A stretch of 60,050 nt of DNA from Octopus bimaculoides (lineage: Eukaryota). Within the stretch, counting starts at the first letter, position 1. Each line of letters begins with the position of its first letter. The translations under genes and the position numbers were made by a program. The notes beneath the pieces were generated by a model. It ran no database searches. It saw only the letters and a program-made list of their open reading frames with translations, and had not been told where the DNA came from. Positions 26,136-39,293 of the stretch are shown in pieces. The stretch spans positions 32,827,688 to 32,887,737 of the forward strand of contig NC_068983.1 of assembly GCF_001194135.2 (NCBI RefSeq), given 5' to 3'.

Positions 26136-26398
26136 TGTTATATCCTTATGGATAAACGCAGTGTAATAACAATATAATCGAAACAAACAGCAGTAACCAC
26201 ACGATACGTAACAACAATCTTTTAAGAACCAACAATCTAACACGCTAACCCGAACTGTAAACTTTGAACTCCAACTTTGTACCACCAACACACGAACTGT
26301 GGAATTAGCACGTACTACCTCAGTTACTCGGACTGCTACTATTTATATGCAGTGGTCCAGTCCATTCTCGCCAGGGGGCGTCGTAATCTCGCACAACA
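26136..26398 (-). mobile_element. Solo LTR (263 bp) with 5-bp TSD CATAC
   Basis: Termini TGTT...AACA; CATAC at 26131-26135 and 26399-26403; TATAAATAG on the minus strand near 26339-26347. Confidence 0.8.
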
Positions 26399-27503
26399 CA
26401 TACACATATGAGTAAGCGTGCATTTGTGCATGTGAGTTAGTGATTGCAATTTTGATTTATTTTTATTATGCACGTGTCATTAAAAGATTATGTACATATA
26501 AGTCATTATTGTCCCTTGTATGACGTAATTTGTTAATTATGTGCAATGAATCTTATTGGACACAGAAATAGATGTCAATGCGTCAGTTCCAACACACGAC
26601 GCCGCCACCTCGCACCTGGCTTTGTTCAATAAAAGAAAATTAACAATTACGATTATATATAGTGATAGAATTTGCGAATATATATTAACAGACAAAACTA
26701 TCTCTATCCATCTATCAACTTCCTATACGCTTTCGCTCACATGATTACACTTTCTCTCTTTGTGTATGCATAAACACACGCGCGCGTGCATATATGTATG
26801 GTGATCTAAAATTGCTTTTAGCAATATGTTATGTAGATCAAAAGCTATTCAACACAAAGTGACTGTAATATAATTAAGTTCATACAAAAAAAAAAAAACG
26901 TGGATAAATAAAATAAGAGATGAACCGGTGATTGTAAGCAGAAAAACGGAGAAATCAGGAGAGTGAGACATTATAGTCGTTCTTCATGTATAATGTGTCG
27001 ATGTCCTGAAAGTTCACTCTCTAATCCCCAAGATAAGAAGGTAGAATTCGTGTAATCCTTCACATTGATAGGTCGAGAGAGATATCTGGAGAATTCATAT
27101 TAGAACTTGACAAATAGGAGAAAAGAAAATACCGGTAATCTTTTAAAGCTGTATCTGACGTTTGTTGCTCAGTAAATGCAATTCTGTGTATTGGGTGTAC
27201 ATATAATTGAAGTAAATTGACGTTAGTGAATGTATATAAAATATCAAAAAATTGCATTATATTAACACTCGTCCCGTCATTGGAAGGAAATAAAATTTTA
27301 GTGGTTGAATATACTTAATACACACGCATACACAAACACTCATATATATGTATGTGTGTATGTATGTATGTTATCAATCAGTTTCATTTCTGTATTTTTT
27401 TGTCAATAGAGAAAGAGCCGGACTCTAACATAAATTCAAGGCTCCTTCATTGGAACTTTTATCAACGTGAGTGTGTTTTCTTCAAACGTAATATGTATAC
27501 ATG

Positions 27504-27581
27504 CTGAAAGAGATCGTATTAATAATTCAGAAATCTCTGCATATAAATATACAATTAATGCGATCGAAACACATGTCAGAC
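27504..27581 (+). ncRNA. Hammerhead-like relic with 12-bp stem II
   Basis: CUGAAAGA (one extra A), stem II GAUCGUAUUAAU/AUUAAUGCGAUC, then GAAA-CACAUG-UC (GUC triplet, ACA/UGU stem III). The 5' arm of stem I does not pair. Confidence 0.55.
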
Positions 27582-27730
27582 AATTATCATGAATAAACCA
27601 CCTGTAAATAAAAATAAAGTTTGAATGTTCAAATTCTCCATTCACCTTATTATCAATAAATCAGCCGCCATAATTAATTCCTAGCTTCAAATTTTTTTTT
27701 ATTCTCTCTTTGTATATTTCCTCGTGTTCC

Positions 27731-27848
27731 TTCCGTTGAAGAGCGTTGGCGCGAAACGTAAAAAGACTCTCTGACTTTCCCGAGCGTTAAACTAGTACAC
27801 ATGTTTATTGTTATACACCTGTCATCGTCTTTTGTTTTCCTGTAAATT

Positions 27849-27850
<2 letters not shown>
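27731..27850 (+). mobile_element. PLE-type terminal repeat fragment with degenerate hammerhead, ending in (TA)n
   Basis: UUGAAGA-GCG(UUGG)CGC-GAAA-CG-UA (C3 mutated, palindrome ACGU). The downstream tail CACCTGTCATCGTC..TTGTTTT..GTAAATTC resembles the reverse complement of 59812-59855. Confidence 0.55.
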
Positions 27851-27910
<60 letters not shown>

Positions 27911-27971
27911 GAAGTTTTTGTATTTGGTTTGCAAGATTCTTTATGTGAATTCATGTGTTGAAGCATATTTC

Positions 27972-28358
27972 ATTGTGCCTAGGGAGAACCATTCTCTTTT
28001 AGTGCATTATAACTTAACACTCACCGGTTCGACTTCCACTCCCTTATTTCTTTTTCCTAAAATTTTTTATTGCGTCTTGCAACTTCTTCAATAGGCGTCG
28101 ACACGTATACATGTATACACAAGTACATACATACATATATGTATACAGATGCACACTGACGCACACTCATGGCCACAAACAAACAAACAAACAAAAAGAA
28201 CGCAGCTCTAATAACGGACAGAGTCAATGACTATTAAAGAGGTTGCAAGATACAACGAAAATTTTAGAAAATATAAATAAGTAAATGAGTGGAAATCAAA
28301 CCGGTGAGTGTGTTAAGTATTAATGCACTAAAAGCGAATAACTCTTCCCAGACACAAT
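27972..28358. repeat. Inverted pair of a ~125-bp dispersed repeat (27972-28094 and 28230-28358) between (TA)n tracts
   Basis: TTTTAGTGCATTA...CACTCACCGGTT...CCACTC...AAAATTTT...TCTTGCAAC pairs with GTTGCAAGA...AAAATTTT...GAGTGG...AACCGGTGAGTG...TAATGCACTAAAA. Confidence 0.85.
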
Positions 28359-28359
28359 A

Positions 28360-28445
<86 letters not shown>

Positions 28446-29614
28446 GTGTGTGTGTGTATGTGTATATATATATACATATATATACATATATATACATGTA
28501 GTAAGTCTCATCTTTTCAGTATGCAAATAAAATATACAAAACGTCAAAGAAAATTACGTCTAAAAATAATATAAAAGCTCACATATATAATAAATAGGAA
28601 ATCATTTGGTTCAATGCCTTCCTGGGTTTCATTATCTGAATACGTATATTGCTAAGCACATCTTTAATTATCACAACTGACACTTTCCGAAGAATCATAA
28701 ATATTGAAATTTTAATAGAAATAATGAAAATTTAGTTTCAGCTCTTAATATAATTTTCTACAAAACTAGGAAGCCCTAAGACTATTATTCATAAATATCT
28801 ACATGCCAAATCTTATAAACAGGTTAACTAAGGTTAAGACAGCTTTCAGAGATTTATTGATTTATCGTGTGTCCACCTTAAACACTTTTTGAGTTGCCAC
28901 CATTTTGTTTCTACAAATATATAAGCCTGTTGAAATATTTTGAGGTATGTGAGAAGTGAATATCATATAGTACATGGATCTACGTTCTAAAAAAATGTTC
29001 CAAGTATTTTGAAATGCTTGTTTCTCCTTAACGGGTATATTCAACTGATTTTATATATATATATTTATCCAGTATATGAGTAGAAAATTATTAAAAACAG
29101 TACACACATTGATATAAAGTTGGTAAATTATGAAACTAATAATCACAGTCTGTATAATTTCAGCTTAAAATATAATAGGCATATAGGCACACACACACGT
29201 ATACACATAAACTGTGTACACTGAGCAAGCTAAAGTTTCGAAGTTGCTGTCAACTTTCCGACGTAATAGTTAATGTATTATTCAGTAGTAGTTTCATGTT
29301 AAGTTGTTTTAATATATAGCTTAACATAAAGCACACACATACACACACATACACACTCACACACATACACACTCACACACATACACACTCACACACATAT
29401 TTATCAATATATCTATTGCTATATATTCACACACATACATATCTATGTATATACATATACGTATACATACATATATATATGCGCGCACACACAAGCACAC
29501 ACATGCACTCACACATAAGCATACACACATGTATATATGAAGAAATAGAGAGAAAGAGAGAGAGCGATGACAAAGATATATGTGACTGATATTTTCCTAT
29601 TCATATCATTTCAG

Positions 29615-29774
29615 TATTTTGGCTCTTGGTGCTGAAGGTGGCAGGGCAATAGCTCCACTACACCAGTCACGTGAAGCGAAGCAGTTAGCTCCATATGCAA
29701 TGGCGTACTTTCATTTATCTGAAGGTACAAAACTCAATATCTTGATCGGTCAGAAAGGTCAAGATGCTTGTTCT
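29615..29774 (+). CDS. ALK: Internal exon (phase 2 to phase 0) of an ALK/LTK-like receptor tyrosine kinase, glycine-rich extracellular region
   Basis: Acceptor tcatatcatttcag and donor TCT|gtaagt; 160 nt. Encodes ILALGAEGGRAIAPLHQSREAKQLAPYAMAYFHLSEGTKLNILIGQKGQDACS, which matches ALK/LTK ISGYGAAGG...[23 protein letters not shown]. A non-kinase protein with the same Gly-rich domain cannot be excluded. Confidence 0.8.
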
Positions 29775-30013
29775 GTAAGTAATATTTACGTTGCATTTCT
29801 GCTTTGCTTTTAGTTTGTGTTGATGTGAAATATATATATGTGTTGATGCGTGCGTATGTAGATATATGCGTGCGTATATAGAGATATGTGCGTGCATATA
29901 TGGATATATGCGTGCATGCAATAATATACGCAGTTTTAGACGCGTTTTGTCACTGCACAGTAATTTCTCTTTGTTTTTAACAGTCATTTTTTACAGGAAT
30001 TTTTAATTGGCCA

Positions 30014-30074
30014 GATAACTGAAGAGATGTTGGCGTGGGCTCCCACCCTAGCATCCGAAACTCGGAGTTTTATC
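30014..30074 (+). ncRNA. Near-intact type I hammerhead ribozyme motif, sense to the host gene
   Basis: Stem I GAUAA/UUAUC, core CUGAAGA (30019-30025), long stem II with one bulged C, GAAA (30057-30060), stem III ACUC/GAGU with a 1-nt loop, triplet GUU (30067-30069). Confidence 0.75.
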
Positions 30075-30108
30075 ATGATTACTGAATAAGTGTCACATAT
30101 GTTTACAG

Positions 30109-30141
<33 letters not shown>

Positions 30142-30571
30142 NNNNNNNNNNNNNNNNNNNNNNNNNNNNNNNNNNNNNNNNNNNNNNNNNNNNNNNNNNN
30201 NNNNNNNNNNNNNNNNNNNNNNNNNNNNNNNNNNNNNNNNNNNNNNNNNNNNNNNNNNNNNNNNNNNNNNNNNNNNNNNNNNNNNNNNNNNNNNNNNNNN
30301 NNNNNNNNNNNNNNNNNNNNNNNNNNNNNNNNNNNNNNNNNNNNNNNNNNNNNNNNNNNNNNNNNNNNNNNNNNNNNNNNNNNNNNNNNNNNNNNNNNNN
30401 NNNNNNNNNNNNNNNNNNNNNNNNNNNNNNNNNNNNNNNNNNNNNNNNNNNNNNNNNNNNNNNNNNNNNNNNNNNNNNNNNNNNNNNNNNNNNNNNNNNN
30501 NNNNNNNNNNNNNNNNNNNNNNNNNNNNNNNNNNNNNNNNNNNNNNNNNNNNNNNNNNNNNNNNNNNNNNN

Positions 30572-30608
<37 letters not shown>

Positions 30609-32624
30609 AAGAATGTATGTTTGCTTATGTGACAGTCAATGTGTCTGCGCATGTGCGGACAAAGAAGTGATCAGCATTTTAATACATGGTAATTATTTTC
30701 CCTGCATGTCGTACCACTTAAATTAAATACCATGGGGCTACAATGTGCATTCGTTGATGGAAGATGAAGCAGAAAGTAATCAGATAAAATGCTCCCGGGG
30801 CTGATGACAGCGTTTAATATCATAAATGCTGTTCTGTGAAAGGACTGCTTGTGACAACAAAAACCGAACAAGGACGCTTAATTTTTCTAGATGCATAATA
30901 ACTGAAATAACAGTGTCAAGATATCTAAGTATACATTGCGACAATCATGTAGGAGAACAATATGACATAATGGTCTAATGAAAATGACACATTTGCCGTC
31001 GAAAAAATATTATGAAAAGCTGAAGAAATTAATTGTATTTGTTATCATATTATTTCATTAAATGAGATGTCAAAATGAGACAATGCAAAAGAAAAAAAAA
31101 AAGCAATAGATAAAGGAAAATATTATGCATAAATGTCACAGTACTTCATGTTGAACTATCTGTACGCAAAATGCCATCAAGCATTTTGGAATCTATCTTC
31201 ACTAAAATAATCTAATGAGGTAGATGGAAGCCCGTAACAAATTCCACAGTTTTTTAATACGTAAACAAATGTGAAGTGGAGCTAGTTTTGTCAATTCTTT
31301 CCTCTCATTTCCATTGACATTTTCATAATTAAACATTAATCGAGCACAAGAAGGATTTTTACTTGAACAGTTTATGAATGAAACAATATGAAACTAGGTA
31401 ATCTGGCTTACAACATTTCACTTTCTACCATTCCACTCTCATTCAGATAATAGTTTCAGATTTCGAGACACGGCCAGTAGATTTAGGAGGATGGGTTATT
31501 CGTATATATCAGTCTGGTACTTGTTTTTGTTGAACTTGAAAGAGGGAAGGCAAAGTTGATTCTGAACTCAGAACGTAAAGAGGACCCCCCCCCACTCAAA
31601 AAACACTAAAGATTTTGTTCGACGCGCTCACAGTTTTCCCAGACCTCTGTTTATTCTCCTTAGGATAATGATAAACGTTTCCTTTCACGTGGGGTAGGAA
31701 AGTCTAGATTGAATCGTAGGAAAGTCTAGATTTAATCGTATTCTGTGTATGACTAATAATTATCCATTGCCAGGGGAATCAACGACAAATTCAACCACGG
31801 TTGGGATTCGGAAGCGAAACTATGACAGATGGCACTACACTTCATACTATAAAGCATTTATATGGCCGTTAGCGAAGAGAAATACTTACAAACATATAAA
31901 TAGATAGATAGGAGGAGATTTTGTATGTTACGTTGCTAATTGAAGTTTCTTATTTAACATATTCCGTAGAGGAACAGGAAAATGTTCTGAGTTGTAACCC
32001 AAGAAGTACCAACAGTATAAGTTATTGTACTCTACACTGTATTGGGTACCTTTTCTCTCCTTCCTAAACAAAGACTTGCTTCTGCCCATTCATACCTTTT
32101 CCTCCATCTGTTCAAATATTTCAGCATTCAATAAGTTACTTTCTGAATCAGGTATCAGATTACAGATTAACACGTAACAAAATAATTCCATGTACATAGG
32201 AATGCATATATGTATGTACCTATAGACACGTATGCATACATATAGCCATATATATACCTACACACAAATATGCATATGTACATGCATATATTAATCATAC
32301 AACGATATATACACATATATTTACATATATATCCATATATACATGTACGTACATGCACGCACACACATATGTACACTCACTTAAATATGTATGGGTTATA
32401 CATATATATGGGCATACAACATAAATACACACAGTCTAATATAAATGCAAACACAACTGCCTATTCAATAAACAAATTTAAACATACATACACAAGCAGA
32501 TATGGATACATACATTATATATATATATATATATATAATGATCTTCAATGTCAATACTATGTCTACATAAAGGTGTTGGAGAAATTTGAGTTCATGGGTA
32601 GTCCGAATTCCCAACGTCTTTCAA

Positions 32625-32790
32625 CAACACCTACACCTTCCAGCAAGACTTTGTACAGTCTCATAGGACACTAACAGCCCAAGCATGGATGTGTACCAAA
32701 CTTCATGATCACTTTTTCTTAGATACCTGCCCTTCTATCTCACCAGTCCTCAGTTACGTATGGACTATTACGTAAGGGAGTTAGCTGAGA
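32625..32790 (+). mobile_element. Tc1/maT-like transposase relic
   Basis: YTFQQDFVQSHRTLTAQAWMCTKLHDH...DYYV resembles FQQD.AP.H....TQ.W.....W...SPDLNPLDYYVW. Confidence 0.55.
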
Positions 32791-33501
32791 GAGAGGGCAA
32801 TCAACACACTCATGATAGCATATAATCTGACGAAACAACCATCGAATATGTTTGATAATAGGATCTTCAAAATTATTTGTACTAATTTGTTTCGAAATAC
32901 AGGTCATTTTGATGAGATATGCGTCTTTTTTTAAAAATTCATTCCTATAAATGACCTCAAAAAACATGCATCCTGTATAAGAAACAGATAAAATCCAACA
33001 TTACACTTGATAGCTAAATGCTTGTTAGTATATTATTATATTAATAATGTAAATATATTTAATGAAGTGTAGGAAAAATAATCTTTAATTATCAATCAAT
33101 TAAAATTATGGCCACCTCTGAGAAGGAAAGCTTTATCATTAACGAGCGACTATACAAGTGTAACATCGAGAAACGAGAATGATATTGCCAACTGTATTTC
33201 AAGCCTTCATTAGCATAGAATGAGTCAATGTATAGTACTGTACAAGACGCATTTAAATATTTCACTTGCAACATAGAAAGGCATTTACTCTTTTTTAAAG
33301 CGTTTTAAGGTTGATTCAATGACATATTTCTGGGTTCAAATCAAAGCAATGTTAACTTTACGCTGCAGCACCCAAGGACTTTGATCAATGGAATCCATGT
33401 AAAATATCTGTTTCAATTCCCTACGTTGCTTCCCGTCCTCCACCTGTACTTGTAAGGTATATCCTGTTGAAACACAAACCCAGGTTATTATATCATTTCT
33501 T

Positions 33502-33720
33502 AAGGCGACGAGCTGGCAGAATCGTTAGTACGCTAGACGAAATGCTTAGCGATATTTCGCCTGTCGTTACGTTCTGAGTTCAAATTCAACCGAGGTCTAC
33601 TTTGCCTTTCATCCAATCGGGGTCAATAAATTAAGTACCAGTAAAACACTGGGGTCAATGTAATTGACTAGTCCCCTCCGCACCAAATTTCAGGCCTTGT
33701 GCCTTCACTAGAAAGGATTA
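33502..33720 (+). mobile_element. tRNA-headed SINE family B, near full length
   Basis: AAGGCGACGAGCTGGCAGAATCGTTAG...GTTCTGAGTTCAAATTC...CTTTGCCTTTCATCC...TAAGTACCAG...GAAAGGATTA. Homologous copies at 50232-50445, 56124-56338, 57331-57463 and a diverged one near 31465-31645. Confidence 0.9.
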
Positions 33721-34221
33721 TAAAATTTCCTCCCTCATGAAAGAAGAGAAGCGATATACGTCTCACATCTCATTGTTGCTCGTATTTTATTCCGATGGTT
33801 TTCACAGAGTGAAATACACGAACTACACACACACACGCTCTCTTTCTCTCTCTCTCTTTCTCTCTCTCTCTTTCTCTCTCTCTCTCTCCCTCTTTGTGTC
33901 TTTAATGTTGCTCTACATTTCGCTGTAACAAACGAAGAATCATTTTATAAATTCTGTATCGATTGTTCCAACTATCCCGAAGGGAGACTATAGATATGAA
34001 GCAGAAAAGGAGGAAAATATTTTCCTATCTATATGTATGAACACACACACACACACACACACGCATATATATATATATATATATATATATCTTACACATA
34101 AACACACATGTATGTATATTAGATAAATGACGTGTGTATTATAATGTAGTTGCATTCTATATTTCATGTATATAGATACATACAGGTGTGTGTATTTGTT
34201 TGTTTGTTTGTATGCGTGTGT

Positions 34222-34261
<40 letters not shown>

Positions 34262-34747
34262 TTCATTCAGGCTAATACCTTTGATATATATTTTTAATGA
34301 AAATTTGTGATGAAATTTTATCTATTTGTATTTGAAATTCATTGTCTAGTATACTTACTATTTTTAAAACGAAGTGTATTTGAATATTTTAGAATTTGAC
34401 ACAATACAACACAATATAAATTGTGTTGTATCATTCTTTCTAGTTTTTCTGTGTGAAATGTTTAAATTGTCCTTTATTCAATGACTGTTGCAAAAGTGCT
34501 CTGTTCTGATATCATTAACTATTTTGGGTGCCGCATATGTACTATATTTTCGTATGTAGGTGCAAACTCAATAAAATCCTTTCATACGCTTCCTGTTATT
34601 CCTATCTTCTCGTTCACCTATATACCTTTATGTGTTTAATAATTTTTTTCGCTTATTTTTTTCATTTATTTTCACTCATTTTTCCATTGATCTTCATTAT
34701 ATATATTTCATTTTCTCTGAAATATATATATATATATATGTATATAT

Positions 34748-34824
<77 letters not shown>

Positions 34825-35694
34825 AACAAATNNNNNNNNNNNNNNNNNNNNNNNNNNNNNNNNNNNNNNNNNNNNNNNNNNNNNNNNNNNNNNNNNNNNN
34901 NNNNNNNNNNNNNNNNNNNNNNNNNNNNNNNNNNNNNNNNNNNNNNNNNNNNNNNNNNNNNNNNNNNNNNNNNNNNNNNNNNNNNNNNNNNNNNNNNNNN
35001 NNNNNNNNNNNNNNNNNNNNNNNNNNNNNNNNNNNNNNNNNNNNNNNNNNNNNNNNNNNNNNNNNNNNNNNNNNNNNNNNNNNNNNNNNNNNNNNNNNNN
35101 NNNNNNNNNNNNNNNNNNNNNNNNNNNNNNNNNNNNNNNNNNNNNNNNNNNNNNNNNNNNNNNNNNNGTGTGTTTGCTCGGCGATAGCCAAGGAAGAAAA
35201 GGATTATTGACCGGAAGCATGTGACCATGCCGGTGTAAGGAGAAGAGAGAGAGAGAATGATAGAGGGAGAAACAAAGGGAGGAAGTAGAAGAATAGGTGA
35301 GCAACGAGAGGAAAAGAGGAAGAGAGGAAGTACGAGGGGGGAAAAGGAGATACGTAGTAGTAACAGGAAGAACGAGAGGGGTAAAGAGAGATACGTAGTA
35401 GTAAACAGAGGAAGAACGAGAGGGGGAAAATTGAAGAGGAAGAGAAAGAGATAGAGTAGCGTCGGAAAATATAAAGTTGCGAAAACTACTTACAGATTGG
35501 TGACGCTGCGTTCGGTCGCGTGTGTTTGTGCGTGCGCGCACGTATGTGTGTGTCTATGTATGTATATATGTATGTATGGAGAGGAGTATATTCCTACGGT
35601 GGAAAAATGTAGGTGAATGCGTTTTGGGAGTTTTAAAATGCACCTAAATCTCAAAACGTGCATTGGTTTTCAAATTTTGTAATACATTTATTCA

Positions 35695-35740
35695 AATGCC
35701 AAACCGGTTTCGATATTTTTTTTTTAATTATCAGTGGTAT
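35695..35740 (-). ncRNA. Decayed minimal hammerhead motif
   Basis: Minus strand AUACCA-CUGAUAA...GAAA-CCGG-UU-UGGCAU: stem I 5 of 6 pairs, palindrome ACCGGU, but G8 is mutated and stem II is eroded. A still more decayed GAAACCGGTT motif lies at ~36195-36235. Confidence 0.45.
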
Positions 35741-38700
35741 ACATATATAAATAAAAAGTTAAGGAGATTTAAAGTTATAAGGTAAAATTTGGAAATCAGG
35801 TTTAAATTATCAACTGTTCACTGAAACTTCATTGAGGTTCACAAGGTGAGACAGTAATATAAGTATAAATATTCAATGAAGATCATAACAAACAAACATG
35901 ACTAATGACTCATATTGAGTTTTTATCAAAAGAGGCGGTAGAAAAGAAAGAGAAAAAGATGGACAGAAGGAATTCTTATTTTTACAATTTCTTTCGTGGT
36001 GTATGCAGGGGTTCTATCAATTTCAGTTGAAATTTACGAGTCAATACAACTTGTACGCTTGTGAATGTTCGAAATGCTATATGTCCAATTCATTTCAGTA
36101 TATATATATATATAATAAAGTAAAGTTGTGGAATACCGTAAGAGTGGAAATATATATGAAAGAAGGTTTGAAAATGCACTTATTTTAAAGATATTTATTT
36201 ACTTAACCGGTTTCACTTTTTTAGAAAAAGATTATCAAAAGTCTTTGAGAATAATAAAAAATGTTAAAAAACAGTTTGAGTATTAAAATGCATATATACA
36301 TTCTTTGATGATAAAATATATTTAAAGTATAAAGCTTTGTATGAACTTTGTAGTGTTACATACTTATTATCACACATTCTCTGATAANNNNNNNNNNNNN
36401 NNNNNNNNNNNNNNNNNNNNNNNNNNNNNNNNNNNNNNNNNNNNNNNNNNNNNNNNNNNNNNNNNNNNNNNNNNNNNNNNNNNNNNNNNNNNNNNNNNNN
36501 NNNNNNNNNNNNNNNNNNNNNNNNNNNNNNNNNNNNNNNNNNNNNNNNNNNNNNNNNNNNNNNNNNNNNNNNNNNNNNNNNNNNNNNNNNNNNNNNNNNN
36601 NNNNNNNNNNNNNNNNNNNNNNNNNNNNNNNNNNNNNNNNNNNNNNNNNNNNNNNNNNNNNNNNNNNNNNNNNNNNNNNNNNNNNNNNNNNNNNNNNNNN
36701 NNNNNNNNNNNNNNNNNNNNNNNNNNNNNNNNNNNNNNNNNNNNNNNNNNNNNNNNNNNNNNNNNNNNNNNNNNNNNNNNNNNNNNNNNNNNNNNNNNNN
36801 NNNNNNNNNNNNNNNNNNNNNNNNNNNNNNNNNNNNNNNNNNNNNNNNNNNNNNNNNNNNNNNNNNNNNNNNNNNNNNNNNNNNNNNNNNNNNNNNNNNN
36901 NNNNNNNNNNNNNNNNNNNNNNNNNNNNNNNNNNNNNNNNNNNNNNNNNNNNNNNNNNNNNNNNNNNNNNNNNNNNNNNNNNNNNNNNNNNNNNNNNNNN
37001 NNNNNNNNNNNNNNNNNNNNNNNNNNNNNNNNNNNNNNNNNNNNNNNNNNATGTGTGTGTATGTATGTGTGCATCTGTGTGTGTGCGTGGGAGTGTTTTG
37101 TGTGAGGGTTGGAGTGTGTGTGTCTCTCTCTGTCTGAGTGGGTGTGTTGTTTTAAATATCCTTGTGGTGTGTGTGTGTGTGTGTGTGTGTGTGTAAGCAA
37201 ACGTATGTGTGTGATGGTTCATATGTATGTGTATGTCTGTATGTGTGCGTGTGTGGCATGTGTATATGAGTATGTGTGTGTTTTATTTATGGTAGGATGG
37301 TGTGTGTATGTGTGTGCACGTTTGCGTGAGTGTGTATGTGTGTGATTATTATTTTACTTTTTTTTAAATACAAAATCTATTAGATATTGTTTACTTAATT
37401 TATATACAAGATAACTTCTAACGACAGACAGATGTTTCGATCTTCGTCTGCTTGCATCAGACTCTTTCTGATGACTGTCTCTCTTTTAATCCTTATCTCT
37501 GAAAATGTTTTCGACTTTCTACTTGCTCATATCTATAACCTTTTTCTTTTCTACTCTATTTTCGTCATGTGTTTGCTTGTAGATATTATCTATGTATGTA
37601 TCTATACAATCATAGTTTTAAACTTTATAAATTTCTCTTCTCATGTATTCAAAGGCACGCGCATACTTTCTCAACGAATAGACATAGAGACATCTGTTAG
37701 ATTGTCACTTAGGCAGAATTACAAATACTTGATTATAATCTTCTAATGGATTGAAATCGTAATCGCTTCATATTTCATCTGCCTTTTCTTTCCTTTTCTT
37801 CTTTTGCTTCTTCTTCCGTCTCCATCTCCAACGGATTCTAATCTTCATCTTTATTCATTTTATTATTCACAATAATATTAATATTCATCATCATCATAAT
37901 CTTCATGACCACTAAAATAACCACAACTGTAATCATCAGCATCGTCATCACCTCCATCATCATTATTCAACATCATTGTCGTCGTCGTCGTCGTTGTCAT
38001 CATCATCATCGTTGTTGTTGTCGTTGTCGTCATTGCTTTCGTCATCGCCGTCGTCATCTTCCTCCTCCTTCTCCTTTTCATCATCACCTCCAAGATGCCT
38101 GAATTTGGGCATGATTTAAAAGAAATTTATACTAAAATGTTGCTGGAAACATTATTGCATGCGACATTAGAAGCAATTCAAAATATCTTTCCTGCACCCA
38201 CACGCGCGCACACACACAAACACACACAATATTACACTATACTACAGGTTTCGATCGTTCAGATTCCGTAACCTCAAATGCTATTTAAAGTGTTTTTCAT
38301 TTCAATCAAAGCCGTCAAATCAAGCAAGGATATTTTTGTATTTTCCAGTCTCTTCTTATGAAAAAATATTATCCTTTTGATTTAAGCATATATGTAAAAC
38401 TAATTTTATTATTCAGTATACATACTACATACAATTTCTCCACCCATTAGCAGCGGGTACTTGACTCTGTGAAAATTATCTCTATATATTACCAATCTAG
38501 ACTTAACTGCATTATTTTATACATGCATGCTTTAGAAATTAAATCCGAACCTCGAGCCAATCACGTTTTCTACTCACTTCTTTGAAGTGTCAAATTCGAT
38601 ATTGTGACTTATCTAGTTGGACACTTAACAGCAAATAAATTTTATCTAAAAGAATATCCGTTTTATATACAATGTTAACAGGCTCTACTAATCAGATGTG

Positions 38701-39293
38701 TCAGTGAGCAAGGAACGATCTCTTATTCCCTCCCTTTGATTGGTGTATTTGATGTGTATTCTTTGTTGTTTGCTTTAAATTAAACACTTAGATGAAGAAG
38801 TTTTAGGTATCGACACCTTGAGAATATGATATATCACAAATCATCAATACTTCATTTTACATTTCCTTTGGGAACAAAACTTTGTTTAACGAAGCTTCAT
38901 TTTGAGAGATAATTAGCTGTAAAGATTGCAAAAATATTTCTTTTTCATTATTTTTTCACCCCTGAATTTCTCACTTAAATTGAACATCTTTATATGGAAT
39001 CATTTTCGAACATAAGAAAACAATCAATAAGTCACACATGTTTTTTTTTCGTGTCCTGGAGTATTTACTCATGATATATACTATCATCTCTGGCAACTTT
39101 TAGAAATTTAAAAAAATTATGATAAACTGAAAAAAAAAAAAAAACAATTCTTTAATCTTGTTGTCCTATCATGACATGTCAGCGTAATGCAATATCATTA
39201 TATGCCAAACTAAAGATTATAAAAGTAATAAAAGAAAAACGTTGCTGTGAAATCATTTTGGTCTGCATTGTCAAATTTGAAAACTATAATGAA

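Noticed and set aside
26300-26322. Minus-strand TGAGGTAGTA (let-7 5' end)
   Set aside because: Only 10 nt match, there is no precursor hairpin, and it lies inside the solo LTR.
35168-35240. VCLLGDSQG as the next ALK exon
   Set aside because: All three frames hit a stop before any donor.
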